Of a stretch of DNA of 64,000 bases, positions 51,302 through 59,922 are shown piece after piece. This DNA is from an uncultured Candidatus Saccharibacteria bacterium. Lineage in GTDB: Bacteria; Patescibacteriota; Dojkabacteria; SC72. Every line of letters starts with the position of its first letter. The first letter of the stretch is position 1. A program made the translations under genes and the position numbers. Location: the NCBI GenBank assembly GCA_964514595.1, contig CAZEQZ010000001.1:267847-331846 (forward strand), in the 5' to 3' direction. Below the pieces are notes generated by a model. That model searched no databases. It had not been told where the DNA came from and saw only the letters and a list, made by a program, of their open reading frames with translations.

Positions 51302-51895
51302 TCAATCAAGGGAATGTTTATTCTCAGTAAATTTTTCTGTTAAAGAAAAACAACAACCACAATAATTCTGTTTATAAAATCCTTTGTGATTACAATTATG
51401 TTTTGAGTCAATATTTATAAAGTTCAAGGAATAATTTTTGTTTAGATCAGCTGCAATTTTTAAAATCATATCCCTATCTTGATACATACTAGTTAGCAGT
51501 GTTGTCGTAATATTTTTTATATTATTCTGTTTAGCATATTTAAAAAGGTATCCCAATCTTAATTCCCAACATCCCACACACCTTCTCTTTTTCTTTGTTA
51601 TAGCTTTAATATATTCTTTAGGTTTGTAATCTGGTATAACGATCTTCACATCTAAAGGAATAACACTCCTCAGGGAATTTAATCTTTCAATATACTCAGA
51701 TCTTGGATGTATGTTAGGGTTATAAAAAAGGGATATTATCTTGGTTGATTCATTAATAAGACCCTCTTCTTTTAGATAGTTTAGAGTATTCAAAAAGCAA
51801 TCAGCGCAACATGTATGCACTAATACTGATCCCAATACTAAGTCCGACATAGTCAATAGTCCTTTATTTATATATTCTATTCTACAAATTAACAA
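51302..51895 (-). CDS. queH: Epoxyqueuosine reductase QueH (DUF208)-like
   Basis: HTCCADC, FYNPNIHP and a CVGCW...R motif, as in QueH. TGA stop. Confidence 0.6.
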   Translation of the reverse strand: MLICRIEYINKGLLTMSDLVLGSVLVHTCCADCFLNTLNYLKEEGLINESTKIISLFYNPNIHPRSEYIERLNSLRSVIPLDVKIVIPDYKPKEYIKAITKKKRRCVGCWELRLGYLFKYAKQNNIKNITTTLLTSMYQDRDMILKIAADLNKNYSLNFINIDSKHNCNHKGFYKQNYCGCCFSLTEKFTENKHSLD

Positions 51896-51980
51896 TGAAA
51901 TTTAACATACTATATGTCATTATTTGTCAGGTATAAATTTTTCATGTACCATGTATTGTTAACCTATATAATTAGTATAC

Positions 51981-53324
51981 ATGAAGTATGATTTTATAGT
52001 TGTTGGTGCAGGTCCAGCGGGTCTTTTTGCTTGTTATGATTTACTTAGAGCTTCTAAAAAGTCCAAAATTGCTCTTGTGGAGATGGGAAAAAGGATGGGA
52101 AAGAGAAGAAGGAATGAAGTAATGTCAGGCTTTGGAGGTGCTGGTACATTTTCCGATGGGAAGCTAACATTGACCGCAAATCTCTCACACGAAAAAGCAT
52201 TTCATCTTATAAATAAAAATAAATATCAAAAACTTCTTGATGAGGTTGACACTATACTAACAGAATTTGGTGTAGACTCAGAGTATTACCCAAAGGAAAC
52301 AAAGGAATTAAATGATTTAGTATTAGAATCGAAAAGAAATGATGTTGAATTAGTACTTAGGAAAGCTAGGCATGTTGGAACTGATAAACTACGTGATGTT
52401 ATGGAAAAATTCCAAGACCATCTTCTAGAGAGCAAGGTGGAAATACTAGATAGTATGAAAGTAACGGATTTGATAGTAGAAAATAATGTTGTGAAAGGAG
52501 TTAAAACAGATAAGGGCGATCTATTATCAAAAAAGGTACTCCTTGCACCGGGAAGGGTAAATGCAAAATGGCTACAAAATTTGTCTGATATGTATGACAT
52601 AGAATATATATACGATAAGGTGGAGGTGGGTGTTAGAGTCGAATTCCCCTCATCAATTATGCAAAAACAGGCGGATACTCTTTATGAAACTGTGTATAGG
52701 GTTAGGACAAAAACATATCATGATATTGTTAGGACCTTTTGTAGCTGTCCAAATGGTATGGTCTCAACTGAAAAGTATGATGGCTATGTTTGTGTTAATG
52801 GACACTCAAATTCAGATCACATATCTGAAAACTCCAATTTCGCATTTTTGTGTGAAGTAAATCTTACTAGGCCTGTTGAAAATTCTATAGCATATGCCAA
52901 ATCTATAGCTGAAGTAGCATCTACAATAGGAGGAGGAAAGCCAATATTGCAATCGTTAGAAGATTTGAGATATGGTCGGAGAAGTACAGAGAGTCGCTTA
53001 GAAAAATCTTTTGTAACACCATCCTTAGATATAGAGGAAGTCACCCCTGGAGATATATCTATGGCCCTTCCCTACAGAATAGTTGTGAATATATTAGAAG
53101 GTTTAGAAATATTAGATAAGGTAATGCCCGGAATAAATTGCGGCTCTACCCTACTATATGCGCCAGAGGTGAAATTTAGATCATCGAGAACAAAGACAAA
53201 TAGAGATATGCAGACTTCAGTGAAAGGATTATATGTTGCAGGTGATGGTGCAGGATTGTCAGGTTCTATAACAGGTGCAGCTGTAACGGGTTTAATGGCG
53301 GCTAAGGGTATGTTAAAGAGTTAA
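51981..53324 (+). CDS. FAD-dependent oxidoreductase (COG2509-like)
   Basis: Rossmann GxGxxG VVGAGPAGLF at the N-terminus and a GGAGTFSDGKL motif. Confidence 0.7.
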   Translation: MKYDFIVVGAGPAGLFACYDLLRASKKSKIALVEMGKRMGKRRRNEVMSGFGGAGTFSDGKLTLTANLSHEKAFHLINKNKYQKLLDEVDTILTEFGVDSEYYPKETKELNDLVLESKRNDVELVLRKARHVGTDKLRDVMEKFQDHLLESKVEILDSMKVTDLIVENNVVKGVKTDKGDLLSKKVLLAPGRVNAKWLQNLSDMYDIEYIYDKVEVGVRVEFPSSIMQKQADTLYETVYRVRTKTYHDIVRTFCSCPNGMVSTEKYDGYVCVNGHSNSDHISENSNFAFLCEVNLTRPVENSIAYAKSIAEVASTIGGGKPILQSLEDLRYGRRSTESRLEKSFVTPSLDIEEVTPGDISMALPYRIVVNILEGLEILDKVMPGINCGSTLLYAPEVKFRSSRTKTNRDMQTSVKGLYVAGDGAGLSGSITGAAVTGLMAAKGMLKS

Positions 53325-53459
53325 TATTTACAAATCTTTCATTATATATGATATAATGAAGATAGCTATGGAAGCTTTCTTCGTTAGATAGACTGCTTAG
53401 AGTGTATTCTCCCAATTAATGGTGTAGCAAAGATTTAATTTATTTTATTTATATAAATA

Positions 53460-53750
53460 ATGGGTAAAAAATTATTTGTAGGAAACCTTAGCTGGGATGT
53501 TAGAGACGAACAGTTAAAAGAAGTTTTCGGTGCTATTGGTACTGTTGAAGAAGCAGTAGTCATCATAGACAGAATGAAGAACAGATCCAAGGGATTTGGA
53601 TTTGTAACAATGTCTACTGAAGAGGAAGCACAAAGAGCTGTTGAAGAGCTTAACGGTAAAGAGGTAGATGGTAGAGCCATCAATGTCTCCGAAGCTCGAG
53701 AAGAAAGAAGAGATTCTTTTGACAGAGACAGAAGAAGTTACGATAGATAA
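53460..53750 (+). CDS. RRM-type RNA-binding protein
   Basis: RNP2 KLFVGNL and RNP1 KGFGFVTM, with a Arg/Asp-rich C-terminal tail. Confidence 0.85.
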   Translation: MGKKLFVGNLSWDVRDEQLKEVFGAIGTVEEAVVIIDRMKNRSKGFGFVTMSTEEEAQRAVEELNGKEVDGRAINVSEAREERRDSFDRDRRSYDR

Positions 53751-53771
53751 TTGTAATTTTAGAAATTAAAA

Positions 53772-53797
53772 GGGAGTAGCAATACTCCCTTTTTTTA
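53772..53797 (+). terminator. Intrinsic terminator downstream of the RRM-protein gene
   Basis: GGGAGTA, loop GCAA, TACTCCC, then TTTTTTTATTT. An A-run precedes the stem, so it may act in both directions. Confidence 0.7.
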
Positions 53798-53819
53798 TTT
53801 GCTATATATGCTCTCTTGT

Positions 53820-54500
53820 TTAGTTTTTTATATCAACCCCTCCTAATATAGCAGTACCTGTTATTTCGAGAACGGGGTTTTCAACATCATTCGATTTCAA
53901 TTGAGGATCCCAACCACCCAACACTCCTGTTCCACTTGTCTTAATTCTACAATTTTTAGGAACGAATATATCTGCTCCCCCAAAAGCAACATTCACATTT
54001 AATTTAGCTCCATCCTTATGAACTTTAGCTTCCCTTAGGTCCAAGGTTAATCCGCCAAAAGCAACATTAAGTTCTCCTCCCTTAAATGCTTTAGAAGTCA
54101 GTTTTTTCTCACTACCCCAGAAAGCTACACTCTCTTTTATGTAATCTTCACTATACTCAGAAGATACAGTATTAAAATGTACAGAATCTTCTTTTCTAAT
54201 AAGGATAGAAACACCCAATGCAATTATTAATAATGGCCATAGAACAGAGAAGAAATTGAAATCAAACACATTAGTTAGAAATATCACTGCCCCCAATGTA
54301 AAAAGTATTACTCCTCCAGTGGTATTATTCTCAAAGAACAATTTTAATCCTATCGCTATGAGTATTAATGGCCAGAACATTCCAATCAATTGCCATACAT
54401 CCACATTAAATGGAAGAAATACTCCTAATCGCTCTACAAGAAGCAACCCTCCAATAGTTACAAGAGCTACTCCAATAATTATTTTAACCGAATCTTTCAT
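53820..54500 (-). CDS. LiaF-like membrane protein (cell-wall-active antibiotic response; N-terminal TMs plus C-terminal beta-repeat domain)
   Basis: 4 TM helices, then the repeated VAFGG...DL / VAFGGADIFVP...LGG pattern typical of the LiaF C-terminal domain. Confidence 0.55.
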   Translation of the reverse strand: MKDSVKIIIGVALVTIGGLLLVERLGVFLPFNVDVWQLIGMFWPLILIAIGLKLFFENNTTGGVILFTLGAVIFLTNVFDFNFFSVLWPLLIIALGVSILIRKEDSVHFNTVSSEYSEDYIKESVAFWGSEKKLTSKAFKGGELNVAFGGLTLDLREAKVHKDGAKLNVNVAFGGADIFVPKNCRIKTSGTGVLGGWDPQLKSNDVENPVLEITGTAILGGVDIKN

Positions 54501-54512
54501 ATTTATTTATAA

Positions 54513-55517
54513 TTAAATATTATTTATTTCTAAAGAGCCAACGCCTACTTTAGCAACTATCTCTATCTTAATCTCAGCTTCCTCATAGTTTGACGAGGTA
54601 TATGTATCCTTTTTTCCTAAAGATGCAGCTATCTCATTTCCATTCTCAGAAATCTCTCCCACTCCTAGATCATACGAGATTGTGTAGCCCACTTCCTCTG
54701 GAATATTTAGAATCATAGAACCAGCTCCTATCTCCATATTTATTTTCTCAGGGATAGATAAGCTGTCAAGAGTTGCGGTTAATTGACCGGCACCAATCTT
54801 ACAATCAAGTTCTCCTACTCCTACTCTATTCAAATCAACACTCCCCTCCCCTGCACCAAGTATTATGTATATATCATTGGGAATCTCAACACTACCCAAT
54901 GATAGATTAAACTCTGTGGAGTATACTCCCCACGATACAAAGTGTCTTGGAGAAACTGTATCGAAAGATATCTCTAAGACACTGTCTTTCTTTTCTGCCT
55001 TTAAAGAGGGCTCAATATATCCTTTTGTGTATATGGAATTTAAAGAGATATACTCCTCCTCGGAAGCTTCATCAGTTAAATTAAATTTTGATGCTCCAAC
55101 ATTAATATTTAATCGTCTTTTCAAAATATCTTCATAGTTTGATGTGGCGACTGAGGTGCTCTCCTCCACTTCGTTGCCTCTGTGAGGAATCAACCAGTCT
55201 GGATTTTCTATGATGTAGTTCTGAAGATTTAAAGGAAGTAATGGAATTGATCTTTGAGTATATGATACATATGAAAATATCCCAACTATTGCAAAAAGTA
55301 CGACTGCAAAAGCTGTGATCAAAATTTCAGTAACAACAGAATGTCCTAATATTAATTTAATTCCCGCTAATATTAAGAATACAGGCCAAAATCTTAATAT
55401 ATATTCCCATATACCCCAGCCTACAACACCAGTTGTATTTAAGAGGAATATACTTCCAATGAATATTAGAAATATTGCAAATACAACATCTCTCTTCTCT
55501 TTTATTCCTTCATTCAT
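54513..55517 (-). CDS. Membrane protein with a DUF4097/toastrack-like beta-repeat domain
   Basis: N-terminal TMs, then a C-terminal region with repeated G-x-G-x-[LI] beta-strand units (IGAGQL, IGAGSMIL, VGVGSLEI). Confidence 0.5.
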   Translation of the reverse strand: MNEGIKEKRDVVFAIFLIFIGSIFLLNTTGVVGWGIWEYILRFWPVFLILAGIKLILGHSVVTEILITAFAVVLFAIVGIFSYVSYTQRSIPLLPLNLQNYIIENPDWLIPHRGNEVEESTSVATSNYEDILKRRLNINVGASKFNLTDEASEEEYISLNSIYTKGYIEPSLKAEKKDSVLEISFDTVSPRHFVSWGVYSTEFNLSLGSVEIPNDIYIILGAGEGSVDLNRVGVGELDCKIGAGQLTATLDSLSIPEKINMEIGAGSMILNIPEEVGYTISYDLGVGEISENGNEIAASLGKKDTYTSSNYEEAEIKIEIVAKVGVGSLEINNI

Positions 55518-55534
55518 AATTTAAAATATTAAAA

Positions 55535-55837
55535 TTATTTCTTTTTAGTATCAGAAGTAACTTCCCTTTTGATACCTTTTGTTGCTTTCTCTACATTCTC
55601 TTTAATCTCCTTAGCGTTTTCTTGTATTACTTCATCAGTATTCTTGTCTATACTATTCTCCGAAGGTATGACTATCCACAGTACAATATATACAGTTAAT
55701 CCAAATCCACCTGATGTTGACGCTAGTATAAATAAGATTCTAACAATTATTGGATCGATATTTAGATATTCGGCCAATCCCCCACATACTCCTCCAATTA
55801 TTTTGTCGGTTTCGGATCTATATAGTCTTTTTGTCAT
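55535..55837 (-). CDS. pspC: PspC-domain envelope-stress protein
   Basis: LYRSETDKIIGGVCGGLAEYLNIDPIIVRILFIL is the PspC domain, followed by a TM. Confidence 0.8.
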   Translation of the reverse strand: MTKRLYRSETDKIIGGVCGGLAEYLNIDPIIVRILFILASTSGGFGLTVYIVLWIVIPSENSIDKNTDEVIQENAKEIKENVEKATKGIKREVTSDTKKK

Positions 55838-55862
55838 AATAATTTGTAGATTTAAGTTAGCT

Positions 55863-55881
55863 GTATAGTAATATACTATAC
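55863..55881. promoter_or_regulatory. Perfect 8-3-8 palindrome in the divergent pspC / superoxide reductase promoter region
   Basis: GTATAGTA-ata-TACTATAC. It lies 26-44 nt upstream of the pspC start and 51-69 nt upstream of the dfx start. Confidence 0.3.
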
Positions 55882-55931
55882 TAAGATTATGAAATTTTCA
55901 ATAATTTAATATATACTGAATATATATAATT

Positions 55932-56330
55932 TTGATTAAAATAAATATGACAGAATTAAATCAGATATATAAATGTGAGGTGTGTGGGAATATTATTGAG
56001 GTTGTACATACGGGTATTGGCACACTGGTTTGTTGTGATAAGCCGATGGTTCTTCAAATAGAGCATGATAAGGATGAAGGTTTTGAGAAACATCTCCCAG
56101 CACTATCATTTGAAGGAGGTACCCTCACAGTCACAATAGGTAGTACCCTGCATCCAATGGAGGAAGCCCACTACATAGAGTGGATTGAGTATATTGTTGA
56201 TGGTGAGGTTTTTAGAAAACATCTTAAACCAGGGGAGAAGCCTGAAGCAGTTTTCAATTTTAAAGAGAGTAACCATTACACAGTAAGGGCGTATTGTAAT
56301 ATACACGGTCTTTGGGAAATGAGGATGTAG
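55932..56330 (+). CDS. dfx: Desulfoferrodoxin-type superoxide reductase (2Fe-SOR)
   Basis: N-terminal desulforedoxin domain CEVCGN...CC. C-terminal neelaredoxin domain with KHLP and the H...H...C...H ligand pattern. Confidence 0.85.
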   Translation: MIKINMTELNQIYKCEVCGNIIEVVHTGIGTLVCCDKPMVLQIEHDKDEGFEKHLPALSFEGGTLTVTIGSTLHPMEEAHYIEWIEYIVDGEVFRKHLKPGEKPEAVFNFKESNHYTVRAYCNIHGLWEMRM

Positions 56331-57893
56331 TTAGTAATAAATACCTGAAAGTATACTTTTGAATCTTTCTAAATCTTCAGAGATGTGTACTCTTGGTAGG
56401 ACAAGTCTCTTTCCGTAGTAATGATCTATTGTCTTCCCACAAGAAAATCCAAGATTATAGCCACTACTTTGGACAATGTTAAAAACTGTTGTATTACCAA
56501 CACAACCAGGATATGCAAATGCACGTACACCTTTCTTAGTAATAGATTCTAATGTACCCCTACTTCCCCCTATCTCCGTTTGGAGAACTGATGTGTCGCT
56601 AATTTTACTTAAATCAGGATGAGTTGCACTATGCGATTGGATATCCATACCATTATCAGACATTTCTTTCAATCTGTCGAAAGTGATAATACTTCTGCTT
56701 GAAGGGACAAAAAATACTCCTGTATGACCATATTTTTTAAGTATGGGATATGCACTGATATAGTGGCTTTCAGTGGAATCATCAAAGGTTAAGAGTACTG
56801 TTTTCTGTGTTGAATTTTGACCAGAAGCAAGTAAATTGTAGAACTCTTCAGTTGTGATGCTTCTATAATTTTTTTTAGTTAAATATGCTATTTGTTTCTC
56901 AAAGGATTCTGGTGATACATACAAACCTTTTTTGAAATTACTTCCCTCTTCAGGTATATAATCAATATGATGATACATTAACACAGGAATTCTCACTGAT
57001 CCTTCTGGCTGTATAACGGGCGGGATATCATACTCTAATTCAAAATTATTGTTATTAATAGTTAAACTGCTGTATGCAGATTTTGATACAACATCCGGGT
57101 ATATGAGATATGAATTGTTTTCAAATGATATTACATATGCAAACATTTCATCCTCATTGATTCTTATATTAGGCAATTGTCTTATTATATTTAAGATTGA
57201 TCTTTTTGAAGCTGTAATTTCTTCTTCTACTTGATTTGTCTTGATTAATTCTAAAATGGAAGAGGCATCCTTCCTTAAATTATTGAAAATAGGAAATTCT
57301 TTGGAGATATACTCAAGATAGTTGTAAATATACTCATAATCTTCAGAATTATTTTCAAGAACAATATCAATATTTTCGTTAATATTCATCTCCTTTTTAT
57401 CTCTATTACTCTCATATCGACTATCTTTCTCTTCAGTCTTATTTAAAAACTTTCTAATTTGATTCTCCTTGTAATCAAAATAATATGAGATAGTGTTGGA
57501 GGGAATATATACATAATCGTTGTTTTGAGTAATTTCAGAATATGCTTTATATAGATTCCCAATATTATCTTCACTGTCGCTTGTAATGGGGACATAAGTG
57601 TATCCATAATTAAGTAGTTGAATTCTGTTCTCTTGTGTTAATGTAAGCTTATTTCTTAAAAAGAAGTCCTCTAAATTATCTGGAAGAAATTCTAATGACA
57701 GATTTTCTTTCTGTATAGAAGTCACAGATAGCTCGGTATATTCCGAGATATTGGGACGGGTAATTATATATTGGGGATGTATAAAGAAAAGAGCATAAAT
57801 CAAATATCCAAGATATATATAGAGAGCAGTGAGTATAGAAGTAAAAACAAATATATATGTTTTACTAATTGTATTTTCTGTGTTTTTCCTCAA
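56331..57893 (-). CDS. Membrane-anchored polysaccharide deacetylase (NodB/CE4 domain)
   Basis: N-terminal TM. The C-terminal NodB motifs are TFDDS and HSATHPDL. Confidence 0.8.
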   Translation of the reverse strand: MRKNTENTISKTYIFVFTSILTALYIYLGYLIYALFFIHPQYIITRPNISEYTELSVTSIQKENLSLEFLPDNLEDFFLRNKLTLTQENRIQLLNYGYTYVPITSDSEDNIGNLYKAYSEITQNNDYVYIPSNTISYYFDYKENQIRKFLNKTEEKDSRYESNRDKKEMNINENIDIVLENNSEDYEYIYNYLEYISKEFPIFNNLRKDASSILELIKTNQVEEEITASKRSILNIIRQLPNIRINEDEMFAYVISFENNSYLIYPDVVSKSAYSSLTINNNNFELEYDIPPVIQPEGSVRIPVLMYHHIDYIPEEGSNFKKGLYVSPESFEKQIAYLTKKNYRSITTEEFYNLLASGQNSTQKTVLLTFDDSTESHYISAYPILKKYGHTGVFFVPSSRSIITFDRLKEMSDNGMDIQSHSATHPDLSKISDTSVLQTEIGGSRGTLESITKKGVRAFAYPGCVGNTTVFNIVQSSGYNLGFSCGKTIDHYYGKRLVLPRVHISEDLERFKSILSGIYY

Positions 57894-57898
57894 TAATG

Positions 57899-58645
57899 TT
57901 ATTTCTTCTCAGTTATAGTTTCCTTTTTACAATATGTATTAGCAAATAGATTAATTAGTATTGAAATTATTGATACCATAGATGCTCCAGTCACTATATC
58001 AGAAAGGGAGAAAGAGTGAATTAATATGCCAGTTACTGCCCATATGATTACAAGTGGATAGAAGATGTCCTTTTTAATTGAGGTCATTAATATAGATAGC
58101 ATTGTAGCAACCCCTATCATTACAACAGCCCATATCTCTTCTGGTACTCCCATGGTACAACACTTAAAAATATGCAAAGCTCCTGCTATATTCGCTATTG
58201 TGGCAACAGATATCCAACCTAAATAAATTTGGAAGGGTATTCTTTTTAATTTTGTATAGTTTTTACTATCCATATGGCTATATATCATTAAAAGAGAGAG
58301 CAATAAGAGGATCATAGGAATTACACTTAGTGCTACCTTTTGATAATGCCAGAGAACAATCCAACATATATTGGCTAGACTGGAGAGAATAAACCAGGGA
58401 AATACTTCTTCATCCACTTTCTCGAATTTCTTGAAAAGAAATATAGAGTAATAGATTAACCCTAAATATATTACTCCCCATATACTAAATACATATCCAG
58501 CGGGTACGAAGTATATAGGAATAGCATCTGATAGTTCTTTTGTAGTTAAACCGTTAATAGGAAGAGCATTAGCTAGTATATTAACAACAATAGTTGCTGC
58601 TACTGATAACAAAACAACAATTTTGATCAGTGTTTCCTTTTTCAT
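57899..58645 (-). CDS. Multi-TM membrane protein, possibly TspO/MBR-like
   Basis: About 6 TM helices and Trp-rich. PIYFVPAGYVFSIWGVIYLG weakly resembles the TspO N-terminal motif. Confidence 0.4.
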   Translation of the reverse strand: MKKETLIKIVVLLSVAATIVVNILANALPINGLTTKELSDAIPIYFVPAGYVFSIWGVIYLGLIYYSIFLFKKFEKVDEEVFPWFILSSLANICWIVLWHYQKVALSVIPMILLLLSLLMIYSHMDSKNYTKLKRIPFQIYLGWISVATIANIAGALHIFKCCTMGVPEEIWAVVMIGVATMLSILMTSIKKDIFYPLVIIWAVTGILIHSFSLSDIVTGASMVSIISILINLFANTYCKKETITEKK

Positions 58646-58706
58646 ATCCTTAAGGCAGAACTTTATATATCATAATATACAGTATTCATCTTAGGAAAAA
58701 AAGAAG

Positions 58707-58751
58707 GATGTGGGTTAATATATGTGAAATTAAATCATATTAACCCACATC
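58707..58751. repeat. 15-bp perfect inverted repeat with a 15-nt spacer, in a 464-nt intergenic region
   Basis: GATGTGGGTTAATAT (58707-58721) and ATATTAACCCACATC (58737-58751). A roughly 140-nt C/T-rich tract on the plus strand follows. Confidence 0.6.
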
Positions 58752-59109
58752 GCAGGCAGGCTATTTCTTTTTACTTTTCTTTATCTATGACCGTTCTTCC
58801 CATTTGTTTTACTTGTTGGCTTTTGTTTTTTCTGCTCTTTCCTTTTTCTTTTCTTCTTTGTATTGTTTTTATCTGCCAAGAGAAACTCTCCTTTCTTTGT
58901 TGGTTGAAAAAGAATTGTAAAAAGATGTTTGATTATACCTAATATATAAGGAAATATTAAGAATTGCAGTATAGATTTTTTAAGATGCAAAATATATAAT
59001 TGTGGATAAATATGTTAGGACATATCTGAGCATGGTCGCTTAAGGATATGATGCCATTCTAACATGTTCTTTAACAACTTAGTGTGGAGAATTAGAAAAA
59101 GAGGAAAAA

Positions 59110-59922
59110 ATGAAAAAGTTTTTTATTATGTTGACGGCAGTATTGTTAGTATTATCTCTAACAGTTACTGCATTTGCTGAAGGTGAGGATCCTCCTTCTG
59201 TTGTTGAAGAGGAAGCACCTCCGGTTGAGGAAGAAGCACCTCCCGTCGAGGAAGAAGCACCTCCGGTTGAGGAAGAAGCACCTCCTATCGAGGAAGAAGG
59301 ACTTCCGGTTGAGGAAGAAGAGCAAGAATTGGATATGCTTATGATGTCTTCATCCTCAACAGGCCCAACGGACGAAGATCCAGACGAATTGGGTTTGCCA
59401 GATCCTGGAGTGAATGGTTTCTATGGTGATGAATGTGAGAAACCAGGCAACACCTGCGAGAAAAACGAAGATGCTGGCGAGGTGAAAGATGGAGGAACAT
59501 TTACCCCCACAGTCACCCCGAATGTTGTGGTCATCAAAGCTGGTAATGAGGAATTCATCTTCTCACCATCAGGACCGGATTGTAATATGGTTGTGGGAGG
59601 TGATCCATACTGTGTCAAATTCGATGGAGACTCAGTCGTTGTAGAGGTGAATACGTGCTATGAATTGGTTGGCAAAGATGGTAATTGCAAATCTGCAAAG
59701 GAAATATCCAACATACAATTCTGGCTTACGGGTGAAACACCCCCACCCCCACCCCCACCTCCGCCACCGCCTAATGGCGATGACGACGATGATGATGATG
59801 ATCCTGGGTTGGTGATAAGGGTAGATGTTGCCACTGGTGGTACATCTCCTGCGGTCTTTCTGTGGTTGGCAACAGCCATGTCCGGCCTGGCGATCCCTTT
59901 CGTAGGGAAGAAAAAGGAATAG
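59110..59922 (+). CDS. Secreted repeat-rich acidic surface protein with a C-terminal membrane anchor
   Basis: Signal peptide MKKFFIMLTAVLLVLSLTVTAFA. Five (EEEAPPV) repeats, a Cys-containing globular segment, a P12 run and a D8 run, then the C-terminal TM FLWLATAMSGLAIPFV followed by GKKKE. GC content looks higher than the surroundings. Confidence 0.7.
   Translation: MKKFFIMLTAVLLVLSLTVTAFAEGEDPPSVVEEEAPPVEEEAPPVEEEAPPVEEEAPPIEEEGLPVEEEEQELDMLMMSSSSTGPTDEDPDELGLPDPGVNGFYGDECEKPGNTCEKNEDAGEVKDGGTFTPTVTPNVVVIKAGNEEFIFSPSGPDCNMVVGGDPYCVKFDGDSVVVEVNTCYELVGKDGNCKSAKEISNIQFWLTGETPPPPPPPPPPPNGDDDDDDDDPGLVIRVDVATGGTSPAVFLWLATAMSGLAIPFVGKKKE
59200..59325 (+). repeat. Tandem 21-nt coding repeats (about 5.5 units)
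   Basis: The gaggaagaagcacctccggtt unit is repeated with point variants and encodes VEEEAPP. It is in frame inside the 59110-59922 CDS. Confidence 0.8.

Noticed and set aside
46632-51304. Possible UGA recoding (code 25/4-like), as seen in some CPR lineages
   Set aside because: TGA terminates the histidine kinase (46632-46634) and queH (51302-51304) at positions that give full-length proteins. Long ORFs throughout are uninterrupted under the standard code.
58781-58990. 69-aa Lys/Arg-rich minus-strand ORF and the overlapping 72-aa plus-strand ORF (58724-58942)
   Set aside because: Both sit on the pyrimidine-rich tract of the long intergenic region. The basic C-terminus is simply AAG/AAA/AGA read-through of a poly-purine strand. 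I treat the region as non-coding.
58646-59109. SRP RNA or 6S RNA in the 464-nt gap
   Set aside because: I could not find the conserved SRP domain IV motif or a 6S-like long interrupted helix by eye. The region's RNA potential stays open (see findings), but no specific RNA family is supported.
59200-59325. Tandem direct repeats considered as a possible CRISPR array or minisatellite
   Set aside because: The units are 21 nt, contiguous with no spacers, lie in frame inside a CDS and encode a VEEEAPP heptad. This is coding-repeat behaviour, not CRISPR.
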